Positions 41,536 to 54,431 of a DNA stretch of 64,000 nt are shown here, one piece after another (position 1 is the stretch's first letter; every line of letters starts with the position of its first letter). The DNA is taken from the NCBI GenBank assembly GCA_965178125.1, contig OZ237735.1:1116001-1180000 (forward strand). Direction: 5' to 3'. Both the position numbers and the translations under genes were made by a program. The notes beneath the pieces are model-generated. The model searched no databases. It had not been told where the DNA came from and saw only the letters and a list, made by a program, of their open reading frames with translations. Origin of the DNA: Bilabrum cf. latius (taxonomy: Eukaryota).

Positions 41536-41844
41536 TGTGATACGGGTGGATCTCTGTGGGTGGGAGCATGTGCGTGCGGCTGATTGGATCGGCACACCGG
41601 AGCCGGCAGCTTAGTGTCGCCAAGTTGCTGGGCAGCTATGCCACATGTTCGGTGATTGAGATAAACTTTGTGCCAATAGATGCGTAGTCTGCCAGATGCT
41701 GTATACCAAGTATATCCGGATTCCGGATCAGTTTCTGAGCCTTGGCTCCTGGATGGACCCACGCAACAATGTACAAGACAACAGCTAGCTTGAGGAACTT
41801 CTGCCGACAAGGACACGGATATCGGCAGCGGCAGACTTGGCTGC

Positions 41845-44510
41845 TCACACGCCTTCCACCCAAGAGGACATGTCATCCTCATCATTCTGAGGACCAAACA
41901 TCTGATTGTACGTGTCACTGTTTCTGGTGCCGTATCCGCTCGTCGTTTCACCCCGTCCGATTGAGTCTGACGGACCGATTGCTCCCTCCTGCTGCTGCCC
42001 GCCGGCAGCTGCACCAAGTGGGCCGGGTGCTGCTGCTCCTTGCGGTGGCATTGAAACGAGCTGCGCGTCATCCTGGGAGAGATTTTCCAGTCGGTCGAAC
42101 CCAGCTCCAGCCATGCGGTGTTCTGGAACTGCTGTCTCCGCTGGATGGGGTGCTGCACCGCGGTGCACGCCTTGCGTCGACTTGCCGCCACTGCTGCTGA
42201 TGCCAGGCAGAAGAATGCCACTCTTGCTTGTGCCCGAGTCCATCGCAGAGATGGGCACGTACTAGAAGCCTGTGATTCCAAACACCAGCCTGCCTTCGCG
42301 AGTTCTTGTCACGCTCTGGCCCCGTGATCTAGAAGAGCCCCTGTGCCCTCGTCCCAGGCTTGTTTCAGACTCTCCATGGTGCAGCCTCCGGGTCGCTGCT
42401 GCGGTGATCTCGCGCTGCCTGCGGAGGTTCTAGGAATGAGCAGCACTGGCGGTTGCTTTTCGCAAAGTCTCCGCCGCCCGTCTTCCCTGCGCAGCCGTGT
42501 CGAGAGTCAAGGCGCGGCTCACAGTGGCTAGCGTGCCAGCTACAACAACTCTGAGAATCAAGACGGACCACATGCGAGCATCGCCGCTCGTCGTCCCAGA
42601 GGCCGCAGATGCCAGGATGAACAGCATACCCCACACCAGCACTGCCCAGGTAAAGTACAGGACAGTCGCTTTGGCAGCACCCGCCCGCTCTGCGCCTGCC
42701 AGGATGGTCGACCTCACGCGCCTGCCAGCTGCAGTCGTCCCCTGTTCTCGACTTGGATTTGGCGACCTCTCAAATGATGAATCTGAGTCAACAGGATCCG
42801 CAGCTAGTTTCTCTTGCTCTGCCGTCACAACAAAGTGGACCTTGTGTTGGACCTGCTATTCTGCCAAGTGCCGGTCATTCTTCTGAGCTGGCCTGCCAGC
42901 ACGAAAATCCGCGTCTCCGCCCCGATCCGAGCCTAGGGCGCCTTGAGAAGATGCTCGCGGCGCAGGTCGAGGCGCAGAGCCCCGAGACCTAGATCTGCTG
43001 TTCTCCACTGAGGCACGTAGCATGCTGTTGCTATCCTTGCCATTGTCCTTCGCTGTTCGATCTTCACAGCTGACAGATCCCAACTTAGATGATCCAGTGG
43101 GGAGGGTGGGGTTTTTGTCCGCAGGTGCAAGCTCGGACGTTGCAGTGCCCCGACTGTCGATCCCATCCACGCTTGCCTGCCCTGTTCCCTGGCCTGCCTG
43201 CCGGTCGAAGGGTTGCTTCTGCATGGCAATTGGGCGTGTACTTCCAGTGTCAGCTCGAGACGGTGCTGACACTGCATTGCTCGCATCTCCAGGAGCATCT
43301 CCAGGAGCCTCAAAAGAGCCGGCCTGGCCATGCTCTTCGACAGGCCCGGGGGTTCCGGGAATCGTTTCTTTGGAGCCGGCGGCAGCCACTGGAATGCCCT
43401 GTGTGCTCTGGTGCTCACCGCGATGAGCATTTCTAGCCCCTCTGCCCGTGTCGGATGCCTATTGTTCAGCATCACCCGGTCTTGCATGTTGTCGTGAGGC
43501 CGGGCTTTCCTGGAGTGCCTGCTCCTTGGCCGCCACGCGCAGCAGTCCGTGACCACTGGCTGCATCAAGCAGCGCTACAGCCCCGTCTGCCGGGTTAACC
43601 TTAGCGCTGATCGCTTTGGCCACCACCTTCGTTTCCAAAGTCTACTACCCTTCGCCATCGGGCTCAGGCTCGACAAATGAACTCGACGACTCAGCTAGGG
43701 GCGGGGGTGCGATCGACAGGCGGGCAGAAACTGACCAGCCGATGAGCCCAGCCGAAACCGTGATTCCAATCATGTAGACGAAACAGACCAAAATAGCGCC
43801 AATAAAGCCTATGGAGGAATTTCCTGCCAGCGCGATCGCAATGCAGCTGCCCATCAAAACGACGAAGAGCAGCGCCAATCTCTGGAATATAAGGGCTGTA
43901 GCTTGCAAATTGACGATCCTCTGTTGCGATGGACCGGACGCAAAGGCCTCGTGAAAGAACAAGAGCACATTGAGCAGGGCCAGCACGAGAAACGTGAACG
44001 CTAGAGACACAACTATTCCTTCTGTTGCTTGCTTCAACATGGTCGGGACAAACACAGCCGACGTTGATGCAAAGATATCAAGTAGTTCGTTCAGGCTCCA
44101 TGCTGCAACTCGCAAAATAGGCGTTGAAACATTAATGAGCATGTAAGAAGCAGGAAAAGCGCAAAATGGGCACCGTATTCGCAAACGTCAAAAGGCTCAC
44201 CCAAGCTAGAAAGAAGCAGGCACAATAGCGACGTGACAGTTGTTGTGAGCCTGCCTCGAGTGATGGCTTTAGCTAAAGCTGTTCTGAACCAGACAATCTG
44301 CGATGCGTAACGAACTATCGCGGCCGATTGAAGTCGCTTGGGGCAGGATTGGCAACATCAGCTAGCAAGGCTAGTATTTGGGATTGTCTGCATCGAAAAA
44401 CTTACTATTACAGTCAAAATTCCAGCAAACACCAAGAGAAGAAGTATACGAATCAAGTCAACAGCAAGTGGCTGCTCAAACACGGGATTCTGTGCATCGA
44501 ACGCTCCCAT
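41845..44510 (-). CDS. Putative 7-transmembrane (GPCR-like) protein with a very long third loop, ~819 aa; exons 44510-44406, 44297-44201, 44102-41845
   Basis: Five hydrophobic helices in 44510-43730, a ~330-aa low-complexity loop, two more helices (~42500-42670) and a disordered tail. Fragments at 41845/42430/42856/43645 share one frame and are joined by TAG; ends TGA. Introns GTAAG..CGCAG (44405-44298) and GTGAG..TGCAG (44200-44103). Start codon tentative (in-frame TAA just upstream at 44553). Confidence 0.6.
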
Positions 44511-45136
44511 GAAGCCAAGCCTAGTCTCGACAAACAGTAGCCGCGCCGCGGCTTAAGGCACCCTTGAGTAGGCCAGATTCAAGCAATGATAATAGACATA
44601 CTCGTTTTCGTGTATTTCGGGGAAACAATGTAAGCAATGCTGCTGTACTTTAGGCCGAAATTTGTACTACCGCAACTGATATCAGATCGCACATGATCCC
44701 GGTCGCATGGGCGCCGCGTGGTCGCAGACCAAGCGTAGCTGAGCACAGGCGTGGCAACCTTACCTCCAGGCATATCGTGCCTTCAATTCGCCTCCACAAA
44801 TACCGTGAGCGTTCCAAGATCCCGCGCCCCGATCAAAATCGACATTCTCTGGAGATGCGAAACCCCAATATTCTCTAAGTGGGTTTGGCACAGCAGGTCC
44901 CCAGCACCCTGTGGTCAGTACCATGCAATCTAGCCCTGCGCGATGTCTATCACCCAGACCCGACCATACGACAGCACGCGCGCCTGAGGCTGGTGTCGCC
45001 TGCTTGCCGTATCAGCCGGACGTCGCATCTGCGGCTTGGCCAGCTGCTGGCATCCCAAATGCATGATTGATGGGCCAGATTAAACACTCAGTACGTGCTT
45101 CGAGACCTATGCATGTACTCTAAATTGCTACGTGAC

Positions 45137-45604
45137 TCATCTCCGCCTCTTGGCTGGCCTTTCACCAACAGCCTTCGGTCCGGAGCCTGCCGTAGATGCA
45201 GCGGCGGCGCTCCCTCCCCCAGATGCCTCAGACTGAGCCTGAGAAAGGGCAGCGATCTTGATTTCTTCTCGGTGCTACTGAGCTGCAAGTGTCTTGACTA
45301 GAACGAGCTCCAGAGACTCCCGTAGCCCAGCCACTCGAAACAGCTCTCGCCATCGGCCGAGAACGTCAACTGACACTGCAAACAGCAAAAAACAACTCCA
45401 TGGAACACTTAGATGCATGATCACATACTGTGCTTCAATAGTTGATTCTAAGAGCATGGCACATGCCTTACCTGAGCTGGATTCCTTCAATGCACGTACT
45501 CGATCCACCAGGCCTTCAAGCCTATCAGCAAGCCCACCAGAGGCTTGCTGGAGCTCTTTTAGGACCTACAGTTCCTACTGCTTAGATTCGACCTAATCAG
45601 ACAT
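45137..45604 (-). CDS. DAD2: Probable DASH/Dam1 kinetochore complex subunit Dad2, ~123 aa; exons 45604-45472, 45375-45137
   Basis: With TAG=Q: MSDQVESKQQELQVLKELQQASGGLADRLEGLVDRVRALKESSSVSVDVLGRWRELFRVAGL...LELVLVK resembles the Dad2 pattern (K..EL..L..L...S..L...L..L...V..VL.NW..V...). Intron GTAAGG...TTGCAG; C-terminal NLS-like PAKRRR; 4 in-frame TAG; ends TGA. Confidence 0.68.
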
Positions 45605-45731
45605 TACTGGGCGAGAGTTTGCCAATGCACTGCGCCAAATTGAACACACCACGTTCAAATTGATGACAACGCAATGAACCTTCGCTTCGAGTCAGCGAAC
45701 CTTCCTACCGTGACCACCGAAAACACAAAAT

Positions 45732-48700
45732 TCATCCAATCTTGTGGTCGGGTCGAATTGCCATAGGATTAATAGTCCCGAACTACCTAGAGCCCTCCTT
45801 GCTCATGCTGCGGCTGTCCGCCCCACCTGCGGCTTCGTCGTCCCCTGTACGGTTCCTCGTCTTTGCTTTCGGCCGCAGCTTTGGCCCGGTGGTCGACGTG
45901 CTCCTAGATTCCACACCAAGCACTGGCCCCGAGGACACGGCAGACGCGTTGACCTGCAAGAGAGGGTCGTGGGCACGATCAGTGGCACGGACGGTGTCAG
46001 CACTGGCACCAGCACCGGCACCAGCGTCGCTTGAAGCTCTCCACCTCTCCCCGGCTGCGGCTCCTAGAGCCAGCACCCTCCTCTCTGCTGCAGACCTCCT
46101 GCTGGTCGCGGGGGTCGTGTCCCGGCTAAACAGCAGCATGTAGGCAGACTTGTGCGTGGACGGACGGCTGACTCGCCTAGCTTCCACTGGGATTGTGTTC
46201 GCGTCATCGAAAAACACCCAGTGCTAGTCCGGTCTGCCCGGGAGGCGGGGCGCTCCGGACCCCAGGATCCTCGAGTCGTCCAATGGCCCGGGGCTGCGCT
46301 TTCCGACCGAAGAGTCTGTCTGCGCTCTTGCCCTGGACTTTGACCTGACCAGTAGCTCGGGTGGTGGTGGTGATGACGAGGATCCTGCATTACTTCGCGC
46401 AGCCCGAACCAACGGTGACGTGCTCGACACCGATGCGCTGTCCCTGGGCGACCTCTGCAATGGCTCTGGACTGCGGTCCACAGCCTCGCGGGCAGGGGGC
46501 AGCCTGAGTCTTGGCACGGGTGAAGCGTTCAATGCGCCGTTGCAGGCCCCTCGTGCTCCTGCTCCGGGCGCGCCGTATTGGGTTGGCGGTAGGGCAGGCG
46601 ACAGGGGCGTCAGGCTGATGGTTCGGTTGCGTCTCATAGTCCCATCCGCACCGAGCCCATCTCCGTTGGGGTCGGAACCAGATAGCACCACCACTGGGCC
46701 AGTACCAGTCACACCGCCAGACACGGCCTGGCCACCGCTAGATGCACCTGCTGGAGGACTCCGTACACCATCGCACCCGCCCCCGGCCCCTTCCGGTCCT
46801 CGCCCATCTTGGGCGTCACTAACCCCTGCCAATGGGAGGTGCTTGGGGTGCTGGCTGTGAGTCGGACTAGATTCATCTCGGCTTTCAAGCCCAGGGATGG
46901 TGCTCGGGCCCAGCATTGGCGTTAGCAGCGGGCTAGGGTCCACCGAGCTTCGACCAGGTGGCGAGTGGGCTCCGTCAGGGGCTGGATCTCCATCGCTGCC
47001 ACCCTCCGAGCTGAAGCTGTACTCCTCAACTCCACCCTTCGTGTCAGAGTCTTGCTCCCGAATTGCAGCCTGGTGGGATTGCTTCACGGCCATGCGCAGC
47101 AGCCCCACCTTAGCCCCTGCCGCACGGCATGGTAGACCAGGTCTAGACGATGCGGTGGGAGGTGAGCTGCTCCTGGGAGAACCATGCGAGCCCGGGTACA
47201 CACCAGCAGCGGAGTTGATGCCAGTAGAGTCAAAGAGAGGCGACGTCGGATGCGAAGGCCTGGCATAGGTCGTGTAGTGCCCGCCATCCATGGACCCCGA
47301 GTGGCAAATCAGCCCGAATAGATTGTACCTCACGGACTCGATTACCTTCCTAACAGCGGAATGCTACGACGTCTCAGCAGAAGACGTGCGACCGGACCGG
47401 GCGAGGCGCCTGTCTTGAGGCACGCTGTCGCTGCTTCGCGCTTCGGGCAGATGTGCTGACCGATCAGCCTGGTCCCGCACCCCACCAGTGCCGCGAAGTC
47501 TCGCCCTCGCCGCGCTGGCCACGTCACCGAGGGGTGCATCAGAGAGAGCAGCACGACCGATCGCAGTCGGCTGCACCCGTGCATCAGAGTCCGATATCGC
47601 ACCGCGGGACAGCTTGCTGAGACTCGATGCACTGGCTGCCGGAGACCTCAGTGTGGACCGGTCATCCTGACCATTTCTGTGCACAGACTCCACGTCACCA
47701 GCCACGGATCCAGTAAACGAAGGTCTTCTTGGCCGGATGGCTTCGAAGCCATCAAGCTGTGCCCTGAGCACGCCCTAGGGACGGCCAGGGTGCAGAGAGT
47801 CGGCAAAGTCCGGATGAACGAAGGCAGTCATGTGAAGCGCCATGTCAGATGCAGCCGAAGTAGGGTCTATTACAACTGCTCTTCGTTGATCTGAATCGGC
47901 ACTTGGCAAGGACTACTCATCGAGTGGCCTCGCACGCTCCCCGTGACCCCTGTCTTTCCTCTTGGATGGAGGCTTGCCCCCTCCAGCATCGAACAGGACC
48001 GGGGTGGCCTTTTTTACCATGGCAGCACCACCATCCGCCGTAAACACAAACTCAAAACGCTTAAGCATCACGGCAAGCACCGGCGGCAAGGATGCGAGGT
48101 AGGGCCTGCCAACAACCACACCCCTGGCCTTGCAAGCTTCGCACTGGAATGTGGACCCAAGGGGCGCCTCCCTGAAGTAGCTCCGCAAGCAATCCTCCAC
48201 GGTCGGGTATGCATCGTACTTGCGAAGCAGCCACCATGGTTTCGCGTCAGAACCAGCCGGCCCCGCGGTCGCGCGATCATTGCTGCTTCCACTTGCGACA
48301 GTCTGAGTTCCTATCCGTAACTTATTCCCGTCACCAGCCTTGCGCATCTGAGTGATGCGGAAGCGGTGCCGCCTTGCCTATCCGAACGACATGGACGCGT
48401 CTTGCTGTTTGTCCGTTCCGGTGACCCCGAGCTCGTCGTATGCCAGAGCCGAGTCGACGCCACCCCGCCACCGCATGCTGCCAACCGGACTGGACGGGAT
48501 GGGTAGGGGGGGGAGCATTTCGCCGTCCTCTGGGCCCTCGATCCTCTGCCTGTGGCTGCAAGCCAGGCACCTTGACTCCGTCACGGTACGCACGAAGAAA
48601 AGATCTCTCACTACGCTACGCTACCGCAACACTACCTTGTGCTGCGGAGGTGCCTCCGACGCAGGACCATGCTTGCTATCAGAGCTGACTGTTGGTTCTG

Positions 48701-51700
48701 TCTTGACCCGCTGCTCCTCGTGTTCCACGGCAAGCTCCTCGTGAAGCACGTCGAGCAACTCAGTAAAGGCCTCGTGCCCGTCCTATTGCTGCGCCGAATC
48801 GAACGCAGGCCTCCGCTCTCCGAGAACTCCCTTGAGCAGTGAGGGAGCAAAAGATCGGAAGCCATAGTGCCGTCGGGCAGGCTTGGCCGCTGCCACGTCT
48901 CCGGCTTCAATTGCTTTTTCTGCAAGCTAGACTCGCTCAGCAGCTTCATCTGCGCGCACCACAGGCAGCGCAAGCCTCCAAGCCGAGGGCAGGGCAGACA
49001 TCACGTCCCGCTGGATCCATGCCGCCCAGTCCCGGGCAGAATCCTCCTCCTGCCTCGGGTCCTAGCCGCTGGAAAACTCAATCCAGGACACGACCAAAAA
49101 TTGCTAAAATGCTGCAGCAAACCTGCCCATCATGGCGCCATCACCAGCGCGCATGGACCTTGCCGGGAGCAACCCGCTGGCTAAAGCGTTGGCAGATTTC
49201 GGCATGGTAACTCTGAGCGGGCCGTGGACCCCCGAACAGTACTCCGCAAGCGGCATGCAATGCGAAAGAGCTTGCACAGCTGCCGACATGTAGCACGAAT
49301 TGCCAAGATTCACCAGTCCGGTTGCTCCTGGCCGCGGCTTGCGACCGGTGGAGACCTCTGCGGCCCAGCACGCCTGAACGGTGGCAAGTGGTACGATCAT
49401 GGAGCCGCCGCCCTCTACCGTGATGAACGCGACCGCACCAGCCAGCAGCTCCCGCAGAGTGCCAGCGCAAGTTTCATCACCGCCCGGTACCGGAATGTAC
49501 TACGGGTCGGCAACTGCTTTTCCCGCTGACACTGACGTTGTTTTGCCGTTGGCTCCTCCGGTCATTCGTTGTGTGGCAACGAACGAGCGAGATAGGTGCA
49601 GCTGCAGACCTTGGATGGCCCTTGCGGCGTCCAAAACTGCGCTTTTTGCGGGAGAACCGCCATCGACACCGATGCGGGACATGAGGGACGCAACAAGAGC
49701 ACTGCTTCCAAGCAAGTCCAGAAGGGTCCGCACACTGCGCAAAAACTGCACATGCGGAGTGGGCTTCCCCGGCTCCGGATGGGCTAAGAGCGAGCTTAAA
49801 CAATCGTCTACGACTCGCAGCGATGCATCGTTTCCCAACCAAAAGAAGCTGTGCAAGGCTACCGCGGCGACCGATACTGCCTCGCACCAGTCTATCTAGC
49901 CAGCAGGGCAAGAATTGGCCGGGCTACTCATGCCGTCGCCTTCTACTGTTGCCTCGGGTGGCCCGGCCAAGGCGCACAATGGACTTGGGCACAGCCCTGA
50001 GAATGCAGCTAGACGAAGCCGGCTCGACTGACTATCGTGGAGCCATATCCTCCGGCCTGCGAATATGTGAAGCTGCTCATGGATCAGTCTGGTGATGCCC
50101 TAGGGCGCCAAGGACCCACCCACGCCGCAGGTTGCATCCAGCCCCGGGCTCAGGGCAGTGGCAAGGGCAGCAAATGATACGGTGCTTCGGTAGCTGTGCG
50201 CGCCCAGATCTACCCACACAGGCCCGTACTTTGTCTTGTTGTGAAACACTAGCCGGTGCTTGCCCGCCGTGTGGTCGTACCGTTCAATGTCGGCGAGTGA
50301 AAACAGCTTGGCACCAACCTCGATCGCAACAGACCGGCCAACTAGAGCGTGACCTGTTGGTTCCGCCGCGAAGACCACACCATGCGCGAGCTCCGGCTCA
50401 CTGCCAACATCAGACCCATGGCTGGCAGTTCGCCCTCGATTCCTGGTGACCTTAGGCAAAGGTGCCGCACCTCCTGCAGCCGATGCGACGTCCTTGCCCA
50501 CCGGAGAATCGTGGAACTCCTCCACGATGCTGTAGTCTCGGTCCTGCAAGAAGTATGAGTAGGATTCCTCTACCTCCTCAGAGTGGTCTGATGCGCCATC
50601 CGCAGCGACTGGGGGCGGCGGTCCGCCTGAGTCACTCGTGAACCGAACCACGTGCGAACCGTCTTCTGCGCAGAACTCCACTACCCTGCCGATGTAGTGG
50701 CGCTGGTCACTGGACCAAAGCACGCGCACTCTTGCACCCACCAAGCTCTCTCGGCGCCTGCGCCTAGACCCCACGCTCAAGCGAACCTGTCGTGAGACAC
50801 TCCGGCGCACTGTGGATGCCAGCACGCTCGAACCGCGGCTGGCGCCGATATCTGCCACGAGGCTGCTTCCATCAGCTGACCGCAGCTCTTCTGGATCAAG
50901 AACTGATTCACGCGCGGTGAGTCCCACCCGCCGCTGAACGGCATCGACGAGGTCGTCTGCAGATCGCGTGCCTATTCGAGAGGCAGCAGCCCTGCTGCCA
51001 GCATCGGAGGCCTTCTCGCCCGAGTAGCCACCCGTTCTTGGGGAGGCACCAGCCCCAGAGGCGGCGCCTTCGTTGCGGGCTCCATGCTCTTTCAGTAGCG
51101 CCTGGAAGTCCTCCGCCTGAAGCAGAGTGGCAATCCATCGCACAACGTCCTTCTCGCTGGCCACTCCCATGTTCACTGCCACCCCAACCTTCTCTTCCTC
51201 CGCGCCCTTCGCCACCAGGCCTGCCTGCACTGCAGCACAGGCCATTCCTGGGGTGGGCGCTAGGATCAGGTTTCGCCTGCCTCCCCTGCTCCAGGGCTGC
51301 AGCCCGGGGCCGAGCACAATCCCCGGATCCGACGACGGTGTGCCTGCATCGCGACTACTGACTCCTTCCGGCCCACGCGAGTTTGAATTAGTCTCTCTGG
51401 GCAGCAGCAATGCCCCGCAGGCCAGCATCGCGCCCACGCCCGACCGTCTTGCGTGCTCTGGAGGCAGGCCTGTTGGCACGCCGAGACCCACCGCACCGCT
51501 GCCGGCCATCACGCGCCCAGCCAGCATCGACACCGAATCGCTGCCTGGCACCGATCTCATCCTTGCCTTGGATCCTGGCCAATAGAATTCATCGAGCGGT
51601 CTTGCAACAGGAGTCGCCAGCGAATCACCCTCGCGCGGCACCTCGCTGCCCAACCGGCCTCTTGGGGACAGCTCAGGGCTGTGTCCCGATCCGTCCGAGT

Positions 51701-51755
51701 CGGAGCCGCCAATTCCTGCCCGAAAGCGACTTGGAGACAACTTTTGTGGGTCCAT
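45732..51755 (-). CDS. Ubiquitin-specific protease (peptidase C19) with two N-terminal Tudor-like domains and large low-complexity insertions, ~2,000 aa (5' end may extend in frame to ATG 52103)
   Basis: Cys box GLVNLGNSCYMSAAVQALSHC, QQ*DGHEAF, CxxC..CxxC finger, LPPVLAVMLKRF, His box YNLFGLICHSGSMDGGHYTTYAR, HWVFFDD, SAYMLLF. All fragments in one frame joined by TAG; ends TGA at 45732. Confidence 0.88.
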
Positions 51756-53500
51756 TCGCGGAAATAACGCTGCTTCTGGTGACGCGGAGCTCTTTTCGTT
51801 GCCGGAATCTTCACCCGAACACGACGAATTCTAGCTGTCATCATCTCTGCTTGCCCTTGCTGCGATCGCATCCCGATGCCGACCCCTGATCCTGCCTCCA
51901 GCATGCTCTCCTGCGAGCAATCGAACACATTGGTTGCCGCAAGTTCCGCGGAGCCCCACGGTGGCTGGCGCCAAGTCTAGTCGGAGGGATCGAATCGCAA
52001 GTTGAAGCAGAATCCGCAAACGCAACTGAAGCGGGAGACTCCGTGAACTAGCCGAAAGCTTCATGTCATTTATAGCCTTGGCCAATTCCTCTGGTATCCA
52101 CATAGTGTAGCTGCGAGTACGATAGAAGCAGCCGAAGAAATTCCGACCGTTCGAGTGATGTGTGCCAGTTCAGTTCTTCTAGTAGTGGTACAGTACACAC
52201 AACACTCATAGTCATGCACAACTACGAGTGCCACTCACCTATTCAATCCTGAATCTCCAAGGCGAACCAAGACCATCCTTGATTCCGAGCACCTGTCAAC
52301 GACATCCATCTTGGTGCCACGATGTGTACTGCAACTTCAAGTTGCAACTCAATCGATGTGTTGGCAATCAACGCATTACTGCTGTGCAAGAACGCAAGTG
52401 AAGAACCAAAATTACCATGTACGCCAGCGTCAATCCATGCAATCCAGGGCTAGTGAGGTAGAGCTAGGATCGATGACAAAATCCGGAACCATAGTTGCCA
52501 ACCACTGGCCCACTGGCAGTGATGATGAAGCCAGGCACCCCCAAGTGCATGGGTCCCGTCCTATTGGTTGCAAGACGCCATCCGTCGTTGCGATAAGCTC
52601 CCGATCAATCAACACGCCGCCACCGAATGCCTCTCCTGAAATCGCAAACAGCTGCCTCTGCGATGCCGAGATGCCCCACATGCCATGGCCCATGGGCCAT
52701 GGTTGGGGTGGTGTGTCGCAGGCTGCCCAAAGCTCACCGGCATGGCATCATATTCAGCGCCATTGCCGGCCACCATGGCAACCACGACGGACGTCCCATC
52801 TAGTATTCACCAGGTGCCCTGTAGGTCCAGTGCTCTTGACCCTCAAACCACATGATCCGACCCGTGCACCTGTGCGGATGCAGCGGGGAGTGCCCCTCGC
52901 TGGCGGGCATCGGTGTGGTGACCGCCCGACACTGCCAGAGCGCAACAGCAATTCATTATCGAGCTATGCTTTGATCCGACAGGCCCCCGTTCTCCCGGAT
53001 TGTGTGTGTGCAGTGTTCATGCAATGCATCTAAGCACTCGGAGCTAAATAGTTGAAGGGTGACTATCGGGTGACATCGGCAACACGAGGGGTGCGGGACT
53101 CCTCTGCCTCATCTGACTACAGTTGCGGTATGATTGAATGTATCCGGTGCAACTCTGCTCCGGTATTCAGATTCCAGGCGGATCAGTTGCTGAATGGTGA
53201 AACGCAGGAAATAATTGTTGCGAGCAGTTTTATCGAACGCAGGAAAAAACTTTGATATATTGAATGACCTACAAGGGCAAGAACATATAGATCTTCAGCT
53301 ACTAGGTAAGTTTTACTGGGTTTCGCCCGGCACAACTAACTTGAATTCTTATTAACACAGTGATCAATGGCCACTGGTCTGTGTGATGCCTGCCATATTG
53401 AGCGAGGCTGGCCAACATGGGATCTTCACATCAACTGGTCCTTTGGCTAATTCCGCGCATCGTACTCGTCGATATTTGGATAGTCACCGCAGTCACCAAT

Positions 53501-54431
53501 ATGGCCGCTGCTGGAGGTGCTGCTACTGGAGGTGCCGCTGCCCCTGCCCCTGCCGCTGCCCCGGAGATGAAAGACGACGGGACAAAGGTTACGCTGGAGT
53601 GCAAGGACGGCGTAAAGATCGAGTGCCCCACCGTGATCGCAAGACAGATGGCATACTTGGAGGCTATCCCGAAGGATACGGCAGGGGATGATGATGAGGA
53701 GGACGAGGAGGAGGAGGGCGAGAGTGGTGAGCATTTCGAATTGCGTTCTTCGCCCATCATGTCCTGTTCGTGAAGCCGAGCCAGTCGGCACTGAACGCGC
53801 CAGTAGTTTGTGTACTTTGCGCGTGATTGGCACCTTTTGCTTGAAGCGTGCATTTCAAGTGCTTGAAGACAGTAACGCTTTGTCCGCGATCCTCACTTGT
53901 CATGTCCTCGCAGCCATCAAGGCTGGCCAGAAGCTGCCAGTGATGAACGTTAGCGCTGATTTGCTGAAGCAGGTTGTTGATTTTGGAACCAAGAACTTGA
54001 GCGAGGCAAAGAAGTCGCCAGAGGAGATACCGAGGGTGAGAGGTCGAGCTTTCTTTGCTGATTCCCCCTCTCTTATTCAGTGGCTCAGACTCTTTGGCTA
54101 GTTCCCTATGTCTCCTTTAATTTCACTGCAGCCACTGAAGACTTCCGCTCTGACCGACAACAACGTGCCGGAGTGGGCAGTGGAGTGGACGAAGGCTGCC
54201 ATCAAGGGCGACGATGGCAACGACGATATCAACAAGCTGTTCGACCTCATGAACGCTGCCAATGACCTTATCTACAACACACTCGTTGAGCTCACTTGCG
54301 CTTACGCCGCTAGCAAGCTGAAGGAGATGGACGACAAGGTGTTCTACGCCACGTTCGGATTGACCAGGGATTTCACCCCCGATGAGGAGGCTGACGTACG
54401 AGCGTCGAACAAGTGGGTTGAGGATGCGTGA
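53501..54431 (+). CDS. SKP1: SKP1 (SCF ubiquitin ligase adaptor), ~215 aa; exons 53501-53726, 53914-54035, 54132-54431
   Basis: KVTLECKDG, LPVMNVSADLLKQVVDF, EIPRPL, VPEWAVEW, LFDLMNAANDL...LVELTCAYAA, FGLTRDFTPDEEADVRASNKW. Two GT-AG introns (53727-53913, 54036-54131); ends TGA. Confidence 0.93.

Noticed and set aside
52311-53033. 240-aa plus-strand ORF and overlapping short ORFs in the USP-SKP1 gap
   Set aside because: Non-ATG start, no recognisable motif and atypical composition; treated as intergenic.
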